From Cenarchaeum sp. (lineage in GTDB: Archaea > Thermoproteota > Nitrososphaeria > Nitrososphaerales > Nitrosopumilaceae), in NCBI GenBank assembly GCA_963692915.1, contig OY843584.1, positions 608,001 to 672,000 on the forward strand: a stretch of DNA of 64,000 nucleotides, given 5' to 3'. Shown here in pieces: positions 1-9,680 of this stretch; position 1 is the stretch's first letter, and each line of letters begins with the position of its first letter. The notes under the pieces were generated by a model. That model did no database searches, had not been told where the DNA came from, and saw nothing but the letters and a program-made list of their open reading frames with translations. The position numbers and the translations under genes were made by a program.

Positions 1-138
1 CTCAGACATGTTGGCGACTTCGACTACGAGGACCGCATCAAACTGGCCACTCACGGGAAACGAGTCAAAGCTGATCTTGCGCAGCTTGGCCGCGATAAGC
101 TTTTTGGGCGACTTTACCAGGATTACTGCCTTTACCAA
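1..138 (-). CDS. Lrp/AsnC ligand-binding-domain-like small protein (partial, runs off window)
   Basis: Own translation: TTG start overlapping the upstream TAA, giving MVKAVILVKSPKKLIAAKLRKISFDSFPVSGQFDAVLVVEV...; xxSGxFD pattern of stand-alone RAM/AsnC domains. Confidence 0.6.
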   Translation of the reverse strand, partial: MVKAVILVKSPKKLIAAKLRKISFDSFPVSGQFDAVLVVEVANMSE

Positions 139-371
139 CCGAGGTTCACCTCCACCTCGATCATCGTCTCAGTCGTCACAATGTCCCTGAGACGCTTGAA
201 CTCGATTACCGCAGAGTTGATCTCACCAATGTTTCCCTGGAGGAACACGCACAGGTCGGCACGCCCTGTCACAGGTATGATCTCCTTTGCTGCCTTGCGT
301 CGTGTCCGCAACCTCTTTGCCAGTGACTCTGTCGTGCCAGGTCTCGTCGTGATGAGACAGATTGCCCTCAA
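132..371 (-). CDS. Lrp/AsnC ligand-binding-domain protein (stand-alone RAM domain)
   Basis: MRAICLITTRPG...VTGRADL...TTETMI pattern typical of AsnC C-terminal domains. Confidence 0.7.
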   Translation of the reverse strand: MRAICLITTRPGTTESLAKRLRTRRKAAKEIIPVTGRADLCVFLQGNIGEINSAVIEFKRLRDIVTTETMIEVEVNLGW

Positions 372-383
372 CGCGCCGGCCCC

Positions 384-746
384 CTAATCAGTGACATCCT
401 GCGATCGTGCCTCCTCTAGATATGCGCGCCTCTCGGCATCCACCTTTTGCGGGTCAAAGCGCAAGTTGTCATCAACAATCACAAAGTCAGAGCGCGGTTG
501 CGCCTTTGGCTTGCGCACAACCCTTCTTCTCGGTGCGGCTCTTTTTTTGGTTGATGGTGCGCGCGCCCTCTTGGACGGTGTTTTGACCTTGGCCTTTGGC
601 GCAGCGGGCTTTTTCCTGCCCGCACTCTTTGGTGCTGCCGCTCTACGTTGCGCCGGTGCCTTTGCCGGAGCTACGTCTCCACGAACCATCTTTCTTGCCG
701 GCGGCTTTGATCGCCTCGGCCTCACACTTGCCCCCAACTGTGTCAT
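384..746 (-). CDS. Lys/Arg/Ala/Pro-rich (histone H1-like composition) protein
   Basis: ORF 384..854, start placed at ATG 746 (MTQLGAS); very basic low-complexity region followed by an ordered tail ERRAYLEEARSQ. Confidence 0.6.
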   Translation of the reverse strand: MTQLGASVRPRRSKPPARKMVRGDVAPAKAPAQRRAAAPKSAGRKKPAAPKAKVKTPSKRARAPSTKKRAAPRRRVVRKPKAQPRSDFVIVDDNLRFDPQKVDAERRAYLEEARSQDVTD

Positions 747-865
747 TTGGCAGACGGCTGCAAAGTTTTTAAGGATTTTGTCATATGTGGCCTGCCTGAA
801 CTTCATCATATTTAAACTGGGCGCAACATTGGGTTTTATACAAGTGCGTCTCACGAGCCCGCAGA

Positions 866-1351
866 ATGGCAGATCGCCAGAGATACTGGAAGCTCGAAGC
901 CTCCGAGGTCGAGTCGTTCACGTACGACGAGTCCAAAATTCTCAATTGGGACATAAAGTGCGTCATAGGCGACGAGGCCGCAGCGTCCCTCGTCGGGGTC
1001 TTTGCGTACCGGCACGGCACGCCCCTCGGATATGACAAGATTCAGGGAGTCGCATACTATCACAACCACGCCGATGAAAAGACGCGCAAGTCCGTGACTG
1101 CGATGCTAAAGTCCAAGTTTGGCGGCAATCCCGAGGAGCACTCTGACCGCGTGCTTGTGCGCGACTCAGACGTGCCGTACTCGGGAGCCGCCATTGGCGC
1201 GCTGGCGCGCGAGCTTGCCTCGTCGCTCGGAGCAACCGTCACGGTTACACTCGAGTTTGAGGGACTCACGCAGGAGGAGCAGGATGCCGCAGGACTGCCG
1301 CCCACAAAGCTCCTGCCCATTGTCAAAACGACGTCTAGTAGCGGTGCGTAG
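866..1351 (+). CDS. conserved hypothetical protein
   Basis: 161-aa ORF with TTTTATA box about 25 nt upstream; 5 nt from tatC. Confidence 0.75.
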   Translation: MADRQRYWKLEASEVESFTYDESKILNWDIKCVIGDEAAASLVGVFAYRHGTPLGYDKIQGVAYYHNHADEKTRKSVTAMLKSKFGGNPEEHSDRVLVRDSDVPYSGAAIGALARELASSLGATVTVTLEFEGLTQEEQDAAGLPPTKLLPIVKTTSSSGA

Positions 1352-1356
1352 CGCAA

Positions 1357-2148
1357 ATGTCCAGCTCGGCGCAGATCAGGGCACACCTTGACGAGCTGCG
1401 CTCGCGCGTTTTGCGCATTGCCGTGATAGTCGGCGCGATCACGATGTTTGTCATGGCATTTCATGCCGAGCCGGCCGAACTCTGGGGACTGACCGTGTAC
1501 TATCCGCTCCCAGACCCACTGAACAACATTGCCGCCCAGATCACGGCGCATATGCGCCAGGATCTCGTGCCAGAGGACGTGCAGCTGATCCAGACGTCAC
1601 CGGGTCAGGCGTTCTTTGCGCAGGTGTATGTTGCCGCACTTGCTGCGCTCATAGTCGCAATGCCTGCTGTCGCGCGCGAATGTGTCGCGTTCTTGCGCCC
1701 TGCCCTCAGGGATCGCGAGATTCGCGTGGGCCGAACCATACTCCTTCCAGCCATTGCGCTCTTTGCCGGTGGATGCGCAATGTCATATGTGCTTGTCATA
1801 CCGTACATACTCGAATTTCTGTATCGTTATGGCGAGTCTGCCGGGCTAGTCACGTTCCTCAACGTGATCGACTTTGTGGTCTTTGTGCTCCAGTTCCTCC
1901 TTGCGTTTGGGTTTTCATTCCAGCTCCCGCTTGTCATGTATGCGATTAGCGCGTCTGGCGCCGTTAACTCGGGCTATTGGCTGCGCAACGCGCGATACGC
2001 CATAATCGCCATAGTCATATTTGGCGCGGCGATAACACCAGACGGCAGCGGCGTGACGATGTGGTTTATCGCAGCGCCCATGACCGCGCTCTACTTTGCC
2101 GGCGTCTGGGCGATCAGGCGCTCAGAGGCTCGCGCGAGGCGGGCCTAG
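1357..2148 (+). CDS. tatC: twin-arginine translocase subunit TatC
   Basis: HLDELRSR, FQLP and AAITPDGSGVTM motifs; about 6 hydrophobic segments. Confidence 0.95.
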   Translation: MSSSAQIRAHLDELRSRVLRIAVIVGAITMFVMAFHAEPAELWGLTVYYPLPDPLNNIAAQITAHMRQDLVPEDVQLIQTSPGQAFFAQVYVAALAALIVAMPAVARECVAFLRPALRDREIRVGRTILLPAIALFAGGCAMSYVLVIPYILEFLYRYGESAGLVTFLNVIDFVVFVLQFLLAFGFSFQLPLVMYAISASGAVNSGYWLRNARYAIIAIVIFGAAITPDGSGVTMWFIAAPMTALYFAGVWAIRRSEARARRA

Positions 2149-3644
2149 TCGGGCCTGTGGCCGCCGACTGTGCGGCGCGCCACGGCCATCACCCCCTCAA
2201 AGTCGTCCTCGCCGGGGCTGTGGCGCGCAAACGAGACCAGGCCAGTGAGGCCGAGGCACTCGGCTATGCCAGGAACCTCATCGCCGCGCTCGCGAAGGTG
2301 CCGCAGTATCTCGGTGTTGGAGGCCTCCCTGTCAAGTCCGGTCGTGTGCGCGAGGCTCAGGCGAAGCGCCTGGCCGACCATGCCGTATGCGAGCTTGCGC
2401 CTGCCGTCAGCATGCGCGCGCACGGCCTCCTCCAGCAGGCGCGCTGCCTCGAGGGCATAGTCTCTCCTCGCCGGCGGGCTCTGTTCGGGGGGTTCGGGCA
2501 CGATGGCCCGTCGGCGGAGCAGGCGATATGCGGCGTATGCGGCAACGGCGGCTGCCGCTGACACGGCGGCCAGGAGCGCCCATGGCGTCTCCTCGGATGC
2601 CGACTCCCTCTCGAGGCGCACGTCACTCACCGTAGAGTTTGTGACCAGCGCGGTGATGCGCGCCTCAGGGGCCGTAGAGTTGGAGGGCGGGGCAAAGGTG
2701 ACGCTTGCCTCCATGGCGCCACCCTCCGTGCGCGTCACGTCTGCGGCATACTCTGCATAGCCCTCGCCTTCGAGCTGCGCGGCGAGCTCCTGGAACCCCG
2801 CGTCAGCACGGAGCGCCTCGAGTGCCTCGTCGAGCTCGGCCTGTGTGCGCGCCTCGATCTGCGTGACCTCGCCGTCCTCGAGCTCGCCATCAACGCTTGC
2901 CCACTCCCCCTCGGCGTTCTCGTACATGAACTCAAATGATCCCGACGACTCGCCAGACGCGCTGGCTGACTGTGACGTCATGCTGTACCCCTGTGACGTG
3001 AGCTCCTCGTGGAGCTCGGCGAACTCTTCGCTCTCTAGCGCATCGCGCAGGAGGCCCTCCTGCTCGGCGGCATCCTGGCGTATCTGCTCGCGTATCTCCT
3101 CGCGCAGTGCGCTGCTGTCCTGGGCGAGCTGGCTGTTTTGGAGGCGCTGCTGGGCGTTCTGGCTCTGCGACGACTGCTGCTGCGGCTGCGCGTCCTGGGC
3201 CTCCTGTGATGTGGCACTAGTCGGGTTTGGCACGTTCTGCTCCTCTGCATTCTCGGCCACAACGTGGACCGTGAGCGGATCGAGATCGACGATCTTTGCG
3301 CCATCCTCAATATAGCTGAGCAAAAGGTCCACGCTCATTGTGGCCGGTGCGGCATGCGCCCCCAGGTCAATGTCAATTGACGACTCGCCGGGCGCTATGC
3401 TCACGTTGTTGGAGTTTGACGACGAGAGCTGCACTCCCCCGCTGTTGCGCTCAAGAACAGACACGATCGTTCCCTGCACGTTGACTGCGTGCGTATTGTT
3501 GACTAGAACCTGAAGGCGAACCGGCTCGTTGACCAGAAAATAATACTCGCGCTGCTCGGCAGACAGCGTGATCTCTTGTGCGATGGCCGGCGCCAGCGGC
3601 ACGGCTGCCAGCATGGCAAGCGCTGCGGCAACGGCCACGCGCAT
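2145..3644 (-). CDS. secreted/membrane-anchored acidic protein, last gene of MoxR-vWA operon
   Basis: ATG at 3644 overlaps the vWA stop (TGATG); signal peptide, Gln-rich linker, C-terminal TM followed by basic residues. Confidence 0.75.
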   Translation of the reverse strand: MRVAVAAALAMLAAVPLAPAIAQEITLSAEQREYYFLVNEPVRLQVLVNNTHAVNVQGTIVSVLERNSGGVQLSSSNSNNVSIAPGESSIDIDLGAHAAPATMSVDLLLSYIEDGAKIVDLDPLTVHVVAENAEEQNVPNPTSATSQEAQDAQPQQQSSQSQNAQQRLQNSQLAQDSSALREEIREQIRQDAAEQEGLLRDALESEEFAELHEELTSQGYSMTSQSASASGESSGSFEFMYENAEGEWASVDGELEDGEVTQIEARTQAELDEALEALRADAGFQELAAQLEGEGYAEYAADVTRTEGGAMEASVTFAPPSNSTAPEARITALVTNSTVSDVRLERESASEETPWALLAAVSAAAAVAAYAAYRLLRRRAIVPEPPEQSPPARRDYALEAARLLEEAVRAHADGRRKLAYGMVGQALRLSLAHTTGLDREASNTEILRHLRERGDEVPGIAECLGLTGLVSFARHSPGEDDFEGVMAVARRTVGGHRPD

Positions 3645-4591
3645 CACTGTATTATCCGCCCCCTGCCATACCTCATGTACAGCTGTGCCGCAAAGGCGGC
3701 AAGTGCGGCCGCAAAGAACCATTCACGTATGTCCGTCTCCTGCTCCTCGCGCTCGATAACGTCGCCAATTCCACGGTAAATGTCATCTAGCGTCTCGGCA
3801 TTGACGGACTTGAAGTACTCGCCGCCCGTCTGCGTCGCTATTGCGCGAAGCGTCGCCTCGTCGAGCTCGGCATACTGGGGGCGCCCAAACGCGTCATACC
3901 CGAGCACAACGCGGCTCTCTGAGCCCATGCCGACCGTGTGGACCTGTATGCCGCTAGATGACGCAAACGCGATGGCCTCAGCCGGCGTGATGACACCCGA
4001 GTTGCTCACGCCGTCACTTAGGAGTATGGCGACCTTTTTCTTGTTGGGGACCGATGTCGCCATGTCGATTCCAAGGCTCAGCCCGTCACCAATGGCGGTC
4101 CGGCCCTCCGAGACGCGTATGGCCCCAAGCTTTGTCGAGACGCGATCCTTGTAGGGGCTCAAATATGCCGCAGTAGTGGCACCGCTCTCAAATGTCACAA
4201 TCCCGACATTGTCGTTCTCCTCGAGGGACTCGACTAGCGTGCCGGCTGCGCGCTTGGCGGCCTCTAGGCGGTTGGGCGGATAGTCAGTGGCCGCCATGCT
4301 GCCCGATATGTCGATGACGAGGACCACGTTGACGCCCTCCTCGGCCTGCTCGAGCGGTATGTGCGGGCCGGCAAACCCGACTATCATCAGCGCGATGGCC
4401 GCCGTCGAGACGTAAAACAGTGCGGCATCGCGAGTGCGCCTGCCCGTCTTTATGGCGGACTTTAGGTATGATATCCTGCTAAACTGGATTGCGGCGCGCC
4501 GACGGCGCGAGAGGACCACGCGATACATTGCATAGAGGGCCGGCACGCACGCCAGGAACAGGAGAATGTACGGGCTGTCAAATCCGGCCAT
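3644..4591 (-). CDS. vWA domain membrane protein (BatA-like)
   Basis: N-terminal TM, MIDAS DISGSM, TAIGDGL, LLSDG, TGGEYF; start MAGFDSP at 4591. Confidence 0.9.
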   Translation of the reverse strand: MAGFDSPYILLFLACVPALYAMYRVVLSRRRRAAIQFSRISYLKSAIKTGRRTRDAALFYVSTAAIALMIVGFAGPHIPLEQAEEGVNVVLVIDISGSMAATDYPPNRLEAAKRAAGTLVESLEENDNVGIVTFESGATTAAYLSPYKDRVSTKLGAIRVSEGRTAIGDGLSLGIDMATSVPNKKKVAILLSDGVSNSGVITPAEAIAFASSSGIQVHTVGMGSESRVVLGYDAFGRPQYAELDEATLRAIATQTGGEYFKSVNAETLDDIYRGIGDVIEREEQETDIREWFFAAALAAFAAQLYMRYGRGRIIQ

Positions 4592-4593
4592 CG

Positions 4594-5475
4594 CTAGTGC
4601 CTCCGCCTCCGCCTCGTCTGAAAAAAGCGCAAGAGGCGCGCGGCATACTCGCCGTCCGTGCCAATGTCGATGCGATCCACGCGGCACCGTGCCATCGTCG
4701 CCGCAAGTGCCGCATCCCCGCGCTCCACTAGTCTTGCATACTCGGCGCGAAACTCCTCATCAGACGTGTTGACGAGGACCTGCTCGCCAGTCTCGCTGTC
4801 CTCGAGCTCTATGAGGCCAACGTCAGGCATGTTGCGCTCGCGCTCGTCTGTCACGCGGACAACTGCAATGTCATGCCTTCGCGCAAGATGCCGCAGCGGT
4901 TTTGCATAGTCGCCATCATCCATCATGTCAGATACTACAATGATGACGCTGCGCCTCTTTACTATTCCGGCCATGGACTTGATGCACGCGCGCAGGTCAG
5001 TCGCGCGCGAGGCGGCCTCGTGCGAGACCATCTTTAGGAGCGCCTGCATGACGTGGCGCCTCCCGCGCCTTGCGGGCACAAACATCTCGATATGGTCGCT
5101 CACGAGGAACATCCCCGCCCTGTCATTGGACTGCTGTGCGGCAAACATTAGCGCGGCGGCCACCTCGACGGCCCTGTCACGCTTGGCGAGACTGCCCCCA
5201 AACGAGCCAGATGCTGACACGTCGACTACGACATAGACCTGCAGGTCACGCTCCTCGATGTACTCCTTCACGTACGGCCTGTTAAAGCGCGCAGTGACAT
5301 TCCAGTCTATCGTGCGCACGTCATCGCCATGGCGATACTCGCGTATCTCGCTGAACGCGATGCCGCGTCCGCGAAAGACCGAGTCATGCCCACCTGACAC
5401 AAGGCCCTCGACGAGCTGCCTTGTCGTTATCTCAAGGCCCCTCACGCGCCTCAGGGCGGCGACTGTCTGTGGCAT
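4594..5475 (-). CDS. DUF58 domain protein
   Basis: GRGIAFSEIREYRHGDDVRTIDWNVTAR and VVDVSAS signatures. Confidence 0.92.
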   Translation of the reverse strand: MPQTVAALRRVRGLEITTRQLVEGLVSGGHDSVFRGRGIAFSEIREYRHGDDVRTIDWNVTARFNRPYVKEYIEERDLQVYVVVDVSASGSFGGSLAKRDRAVEVAAALMFAAQQSNDRAGMFLVSDHIEMFVPARRGRRHVMQALLKMVSHEAASRATDLRACIKSMAGIVKRRSVIIVVSDMMDDGDYAKPLRHLARRHDIAVVRVTDERERNMPDVGLIELEDSETGEQVLVNTSDEEFRAEYARLVERGDAALAATMARCRVDRIDIGTDGEYAARLLRFFQTRRRRRH

Positions 5476-5507
5476 CTTTGCATCACCGCGGCGGTGTCCT
5501 GCCCATC

Positions 5508-6506
5508 CTAGGGCACCCTTACGCCGTCAAGTATGTTTGATATCACGCCATCATTCGTGTCACCGTCGGCCTCGGCCTCATACGTCAAGAGTATCCTGTG
5601 GCGCAGGACATCAGGCGCTATGCGGCGCACGTCCTCGGGCATGACATAGCCGCGCGAGTCCATCATCGCCACGGCCTTGGCCCCAAGCATTAGCCAGATC
5701 GACGCGCGCGGCGAGGCGCCATACTCGGTTCGCACCGACGCCGGATCCAGCCCGTGCGCCACGGGGTTTCGCGTGGCATCTACAATGTCGGCGACATACC
5801 CACGCACGGACTCATCAGCATACACGCCAGGGACGAACTCTTGCATGCGAACCATCGAGTCCGTGTCGATGACGCCAGATGCCACGCGCGGCTCGCCCTC
5901 TGTAAACCTGCGGATGATCTCGGATTCCTCATTGCGCGAGGGATACGTCATGACAAGCTTTACCATAAACCTGTCGACCTGGGCCTCTGGCAGGCGGTAC
6001 GTCCCCTCGGACTCGATGGGGTTCTGCGTGGCCATGACAAAGAACGGCTTTTTGAGCTCGTGCGTCTCGCCCTGGATGCTGACCTGGCCCTCCTGCATGG
6101 CCTCGAGGAGCGCGGACTGGACCTTTGGCGGGGCGCGGTTTATCTCGTCGGCGAGCACAAAGTTTGAAAAGACCGGCCCCTTTACGGTCTTGAACTCGGA
6201 TGTGGCGTGCTCGTATATCTTTGTGCCAGTAATGTCAGCCGGCAGGAGATCCGGCGTGAACTGGATCCTCACAAAGTCTGACTGGACACAGTCGGCCATT
6301 GTCTTTACGAGAAGCGTCTTTGCGAGTCCGGGCATGCCCTCAAGGAGCGCATGGCCGCGCGCGATTGCGGCGATTACGAGCTTGTCAATAATGTCGTCCT
6401 GCCCGACGATGACTGTGCGTATCTCCTTTCGCAGTGTGTCGGCAGTCTCGGCGAGGCCTGCTGCCTGCTCTGTCAGTGCCGCAACCCTCTCGTCCACCGC
6501 ACTCAT
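5508..6506 (-). CDS. moxR: MoxR family AAA+ ATPase
   Basis: GMPGLAKT, RIQFTPDLLPADITG, LADEINRAPPKVQSALLEAM, ATQNPIESEGTYRLPEAQVDRF. Confidence 0.95.
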   Translation of the reverse strand: MSAVDERVAALTEQAAGLAETADTLRKEIRTVIVGQDDIIDKLVIAAIARGHALLEGMPGLAKTLLVKTMADCVQSDFVRIQFTPDLLPADITGTKIYEHATSEFKTVKGPVFSNFVLADEINRAPPKVQSALLEAMQEGQVSIQGETHELKKPFFVMATQNPIESEGTYRLPEAQVDRFMVKLVMTYPSRNEESEIIRRFTEGEPRVASGVIDTDSMVRMQEFVPGVYADESVRGYVADIVDATRNPVAHGLDPASVRTEYGASPRASIWLMLGAKAVAMMDSRGYVMPEDVRRIAPDVLRHRILLTYEAEADGDTNDGVISNILDGVRVP

Positions 6507-7006
6507 CACCCCGACACAGGGGGCGCGCCCCTTGAGTCCTGCGCGTGCGCCTCAAAGCACGCCATGGCAGCGTCTGCGTCGATCGAGCCCAGGCCATTGA
6601 GGCCAGAGACGCCATCAAGGCACGCCCTTAGCTCCAGGTCAGCCGATGCCAGGTCCCAGCCGAGATCGCCGCCGAGCGGCACGAGCGCAGACAGCGTGAC
6701 TATTGCCAGTATGACCGACTTGATTACGGTGAGCATGATTCCGATATACAGGCAGTCCCTTGCCATTCGTGGCGAGTCAAGGCGCAGCGCATAGTAGGCT
6801 ATCGCGCCTCCGATAATGTCAAAGAAGACGGGTAGCGCAAACCAGACCCACGAGCGGCGCCGTGGCTCTGTGGCCGCAAGTCCAAACCTGCGCGCAAACG
6901 GGGGAATGACAGGATTCTGCGGCGGCGCCGTGTCAGCCTCTGTGGGCGGTGCTGCGCCGTCGATGCCCGAGGCCCAGTCCGAGCCATGCTGGTCTTTGGT
7001 GGCCAT
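6506..7006 (-). CDS. membrane protein (RSxxWxxLP...GGxIAY motif)
   Basis: Start at ATG 7006 (MATKDQ); two TM segments; paralogous to 7078..7272. Confidence 0.7.
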   Translation of the reverse strand: MATKDQHGSDWASGIDGAAPPTEADTAPPQNPVIPPFARRFGLAATEPRRRSWVWFALPVFFDIIGGAIAYYALRLDSPRMARDCLYIGIMLTVIKSVILAIVTLSALVPLGGDLGWDLASADLELRACLDGVSGLNGLGSIDADAAMACFEAHAQDSRGAPPVSG

Positions 7007-7077
7007 GCGAAAATTCGCCACGGGCGTTCCTAATATACCTATTTTCGGCCGTGCGGGCGGCAGATACGGCAGGGCCG

Positions 7078-7272
7078 TTACGGGAGAGTCGCAAGCGGCC
7101 AGATCACCCACGTCACAACGGTGAGCACCAATCCCAGGATTAACGAGTTTCTTGCCTTTGGCGGATCGTCGCGCCGCAGGGAAAAGTAGGCGATGATGCC
7201 GCCAACTATCAGGAACAGAATGGGAAGCAGGTACCACCATGCGGAACGGCGGTTCGGAGGCGCATTGCTCAT
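7078..7272 (-). CDS. small two-TM membrane protein
   Basis: RRSAWWYLLPILFLIVGGIIAYFSLRRDDPPKARNSLILG; TATAT box upstream. Confidence 0.8.
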   Translation of the reverse strand: MSNAPPNRRSAWWYLLPILFLIVGGIIAYFSLRRDDPPKARNSLILGLVLTVVTWVIWPLATLP

Positions 7273-7458
7273 GCCAGAGCGTCCGGTTCGACACTACATA
7301 TACTATACGTTTGCGGCGTGTGGGTGCCAGGGCTTTCCACAAATGGGCACGGACAGCAGCTCCATGGAGCGCCATGACGTGACTGCTAGGCACAGATCCA
7401 CAGGCAGCAAGAACGCCTCCACAGGCCTGAGTGGATGGACGGTGCATGGACGCACTCG

Positions 7459-8475
7459 CTACCAGCACCCAAGCCCGTGCCCCATCCTCAGCATCGCGGC
7501 AAGCCGCCGAGAGTTGACGCGCAGCTGGCCCAGCTGGTACGGAATGTCAACTAGCACGCAATACAGCACGTGGTCGGCCTGAGACTCGTACATGTCAGCC
7601 GTGACGCGGCCGTCGAGCTGTTCGGGGTATCGGCCATGCGCATTGTGCAAGAACAGCGGCACATAGCGCGGCGCATGAGAGATCAACATCTGGAATCCAA
7701 ACTCCATGACCAGGCGTCGAAGGAGCTTGGTGTATGGAAAGTCTCGCCCAAGGCGCGACCTTGCGTCAGCAGAAAAGAACTCCTGGCACTCGCGAAAATG
7801 GCGCTCAAAGAGGGCGCGGTTATCAAGGTTTTCGACAAGCGCCAGATGGTTCGCACGGCATTTTGAGAGGGCCTTATGGTCCAGGGATTTGGTGTGGCGC
7901 AGGGGGGTGTCCAGATTGCGGCTGGATATTCGTGGCAGGGCCATGCCGACTCTTCCGGTGAGCAAGAGGATCGAGCGCATGTATGTTTCCTGCTGCGAGT
8001 TAAGGATCTCAAGGACGCTGTCCATTGTCTGAAATCCCACATGGTTCTTCCAGGTGTGAGACTTCCACAGCGGGGTACACAGATGGTCATTCCAGGCACA
8101 CGCCAGTAATTCAAACGTGCTCCTGTCACGGGCAGTTTCTGGCTCTAAGGCGGCATTGATATACGAGGCGAGGAGGTCGCCAGACGGCACGACCGGCAGT
8201 TCCATCCCGACTATGTGGTCGGCATATAGTCGGTATATGCGAGGATAGAGTTGGTGCCCAAACGACTTGATGAGGGACGTGCCGATTCCACTATCCACAC
8301 CCTCGCTGATCCTGAAAATGATGGCCTTTAGCTGCTTTTCGATGGACTGCTGGCCTAGGTACATGGCTGTCCCCAGGTCGTATCCGGACCGGCTAGAGGC
8401 TGCGGTGGCCTGAGCCTGCCTCATATCAGAGGCGGCCTGCTGCTCAAAATGCCCCGACATTCGGCGCATGGGCAA
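7459..8475 (-). CDS. HEPN-domain-like protein with large insertion
   Basis: A-SD...AMYLGQQSIEKQLKA, FGHQL and C-terminal GRYPE are the HEPN landmarks; exact start uncertain (8475/8469/8460). Confidence 0.65.
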   Translation of the reverse strand: MPMRRMSGHFEQQAASDMRQAQATAASSRSGYDLGTAMYLGQQSIEKQLKAIIFRISEGVDSGIGTSLIKSFGHQLYPRIYRLYADHIVGMELPVVPSGDLLASYINAALEPETARDRSTFELLACAWNDHLCTPLWKSHTWKNHVGFQTMDSVLEILNSQQETYMRSILLLTGRVGMALPRISSRNLDTPLRHTKSLDHKALSKCRANHLALVENLDNRALFERHFRECQEFFSADARSRLGRDFPYTKLLRRLVMEFGFQMLISHAPRYVPLFLHNAHGRYPEQLDGRVTADMYESQADHVLYCVLVDIPYQLGQLRVNSRRLAAMLRMGHGLGCW

Positions 8476-8570
8476 TCACGTGACGTGTGCTGTGCCATCC
8501 GTTACAAATAGGGTCATGCGCGCGTGCGGATGGTCAGGCCGCAGGCGGTCAGGGGCGAGCCCTTGCGTGG

Positions 8571-9680
8571 TCATCTAGTGCCCTCTCCTGACTGTTTCTT
8601 GCTTGTTTGCCACTCCATCACGGTGTTGAACCTGACGCCCCATGGGACATCCGGAGCTCCAGACGGCGGCGGTGCAACAAGGTCAAAGTGGCGCCTGACC
8701 CTAATCTCAGAGTCCGTGCAGTGCAGCACTGAGGGCCCGTGGACAAACACGGGACCCTGGGCAGACGACGTGGCAAACGCGCAGTCAGCCGGCAGCGTAA
8801 AGGCGTACAGGAACGTGATGCCGTTCCGGCGCACCATGTTCCGATAGTACGGACGCTCGTCTGTCCACTCGAGCGTTTCCGGATTGCGGCCAAAGAGAAC
8901 CATGTACACGCCATAGTCCACAAAGACTGTGTCAAGCTGCACGTCGACAGGACGCGAACGGTTTAGCGTGCTTACAAAGTCTTCGAGATCGACTAGCGTA
9001 GAGTCCCAGTGGTAGGTAAACGTCTCATCGCCGTCCAGCGTCTTGAGCTGCTCAAGGCACATGGCCTCCTCGCGCTCCCATATGTGTTCAGTCTTCTCGT
9101 CAAAAAAGTCATAGTTGCCGAGGCGCATAAACTCGGCCCTCTTGACATCACGATCAAGGTGTCGCATGCGCGATATTTTTGTGAGCCTCTTGTCGCACGT
9201 GACTGTCCCGTTGTTGCCTGACGGAACTAGAAATTCGGCGCACTCCACACCGGGGCGCATGCGAAGAATCCTAAATCCGGCGGCAAGCGTGGCACACGGC
9301 ACATTGCCCCCAGGATCCATAACGCGTGTGTCGGGGAGCTGCGGCAGGTCTGTGGAGTCTAGATGCCGGTCAAGCTGTAGCATAGCCTGGCCCGGCGAGC
9401 CGGACTGGTGGACGGATGCGGCCCTGGAATAGGTGATCCGGCCATCGGGGTCGGTCTCGACTGTGGAGCCGGGCTCAAACGCGCAGTACGGGGCGCCGTC
9501 CGCGCAAAACCCCCTCAAGTCGGGGCGTTGGGAGCACGTCGGGGGCGTTTTGGCGTTGCGCTTCTGCGACTCATCGTGGCAACCGCAATGCCTAGAAAGG
9601 AGATCCACTGCCCTGCTCAGCGCGGTCTGGTCCGCATAAGAATAGTGTTCACCATACACATGATGGACGTCGTTTTTCAC
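8571..9680 (-). CDS. hypothetical protein (possible degenerate HK97-fold capsid-like)
   Basis: 369-aa ORF with TTATATA box about 20-25 nt upstream of GTG; fold call is pattern-based only. Confidence 0.65.
   Translation of the reverse strand: MKNDVHHVYGEHYSYADQTALSRAVDLLSRHCGCHDESQKRNAKTPPTCSQRPDLRGFCADGAPYCAFEPGSTVETDPDGRITYSRAASVHQSGSPGQAMLQLDRHLDSTDLPQLPDTRVMDPGGNVPCATLAAGFRILRMRPGVECAEFLVPSGNNGTVTCDKRLTKISRMRHLDRDVKRAEFMRLGNYDFFDEKTEHIWEREEAMCLEQLKTLDGDETFTYHWDSTLVDLEDFVSTLNRSRPVDVQLDTVFVDYGVYMVLFGRNPETLEWTDERPYYRNMVRRNGITFLYAFTLPADCAFATSSAQGPVFVHGPSVLHCTDSEIRVRRHFDLVAPPPSGAPDVPWGVRFNTVMEWQTSKKQSGEGTR

Noticed and set aside
391-1035. 214-aa + strand ORF
   Set aside because: Antisense shadow of the basic protein; also overlaps the promoter and the 866..1351 gene
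2145-6506. MoxR-DUF58-vWA operon as a novel system
   Set aside because: Well-known, widespread gene arrangement
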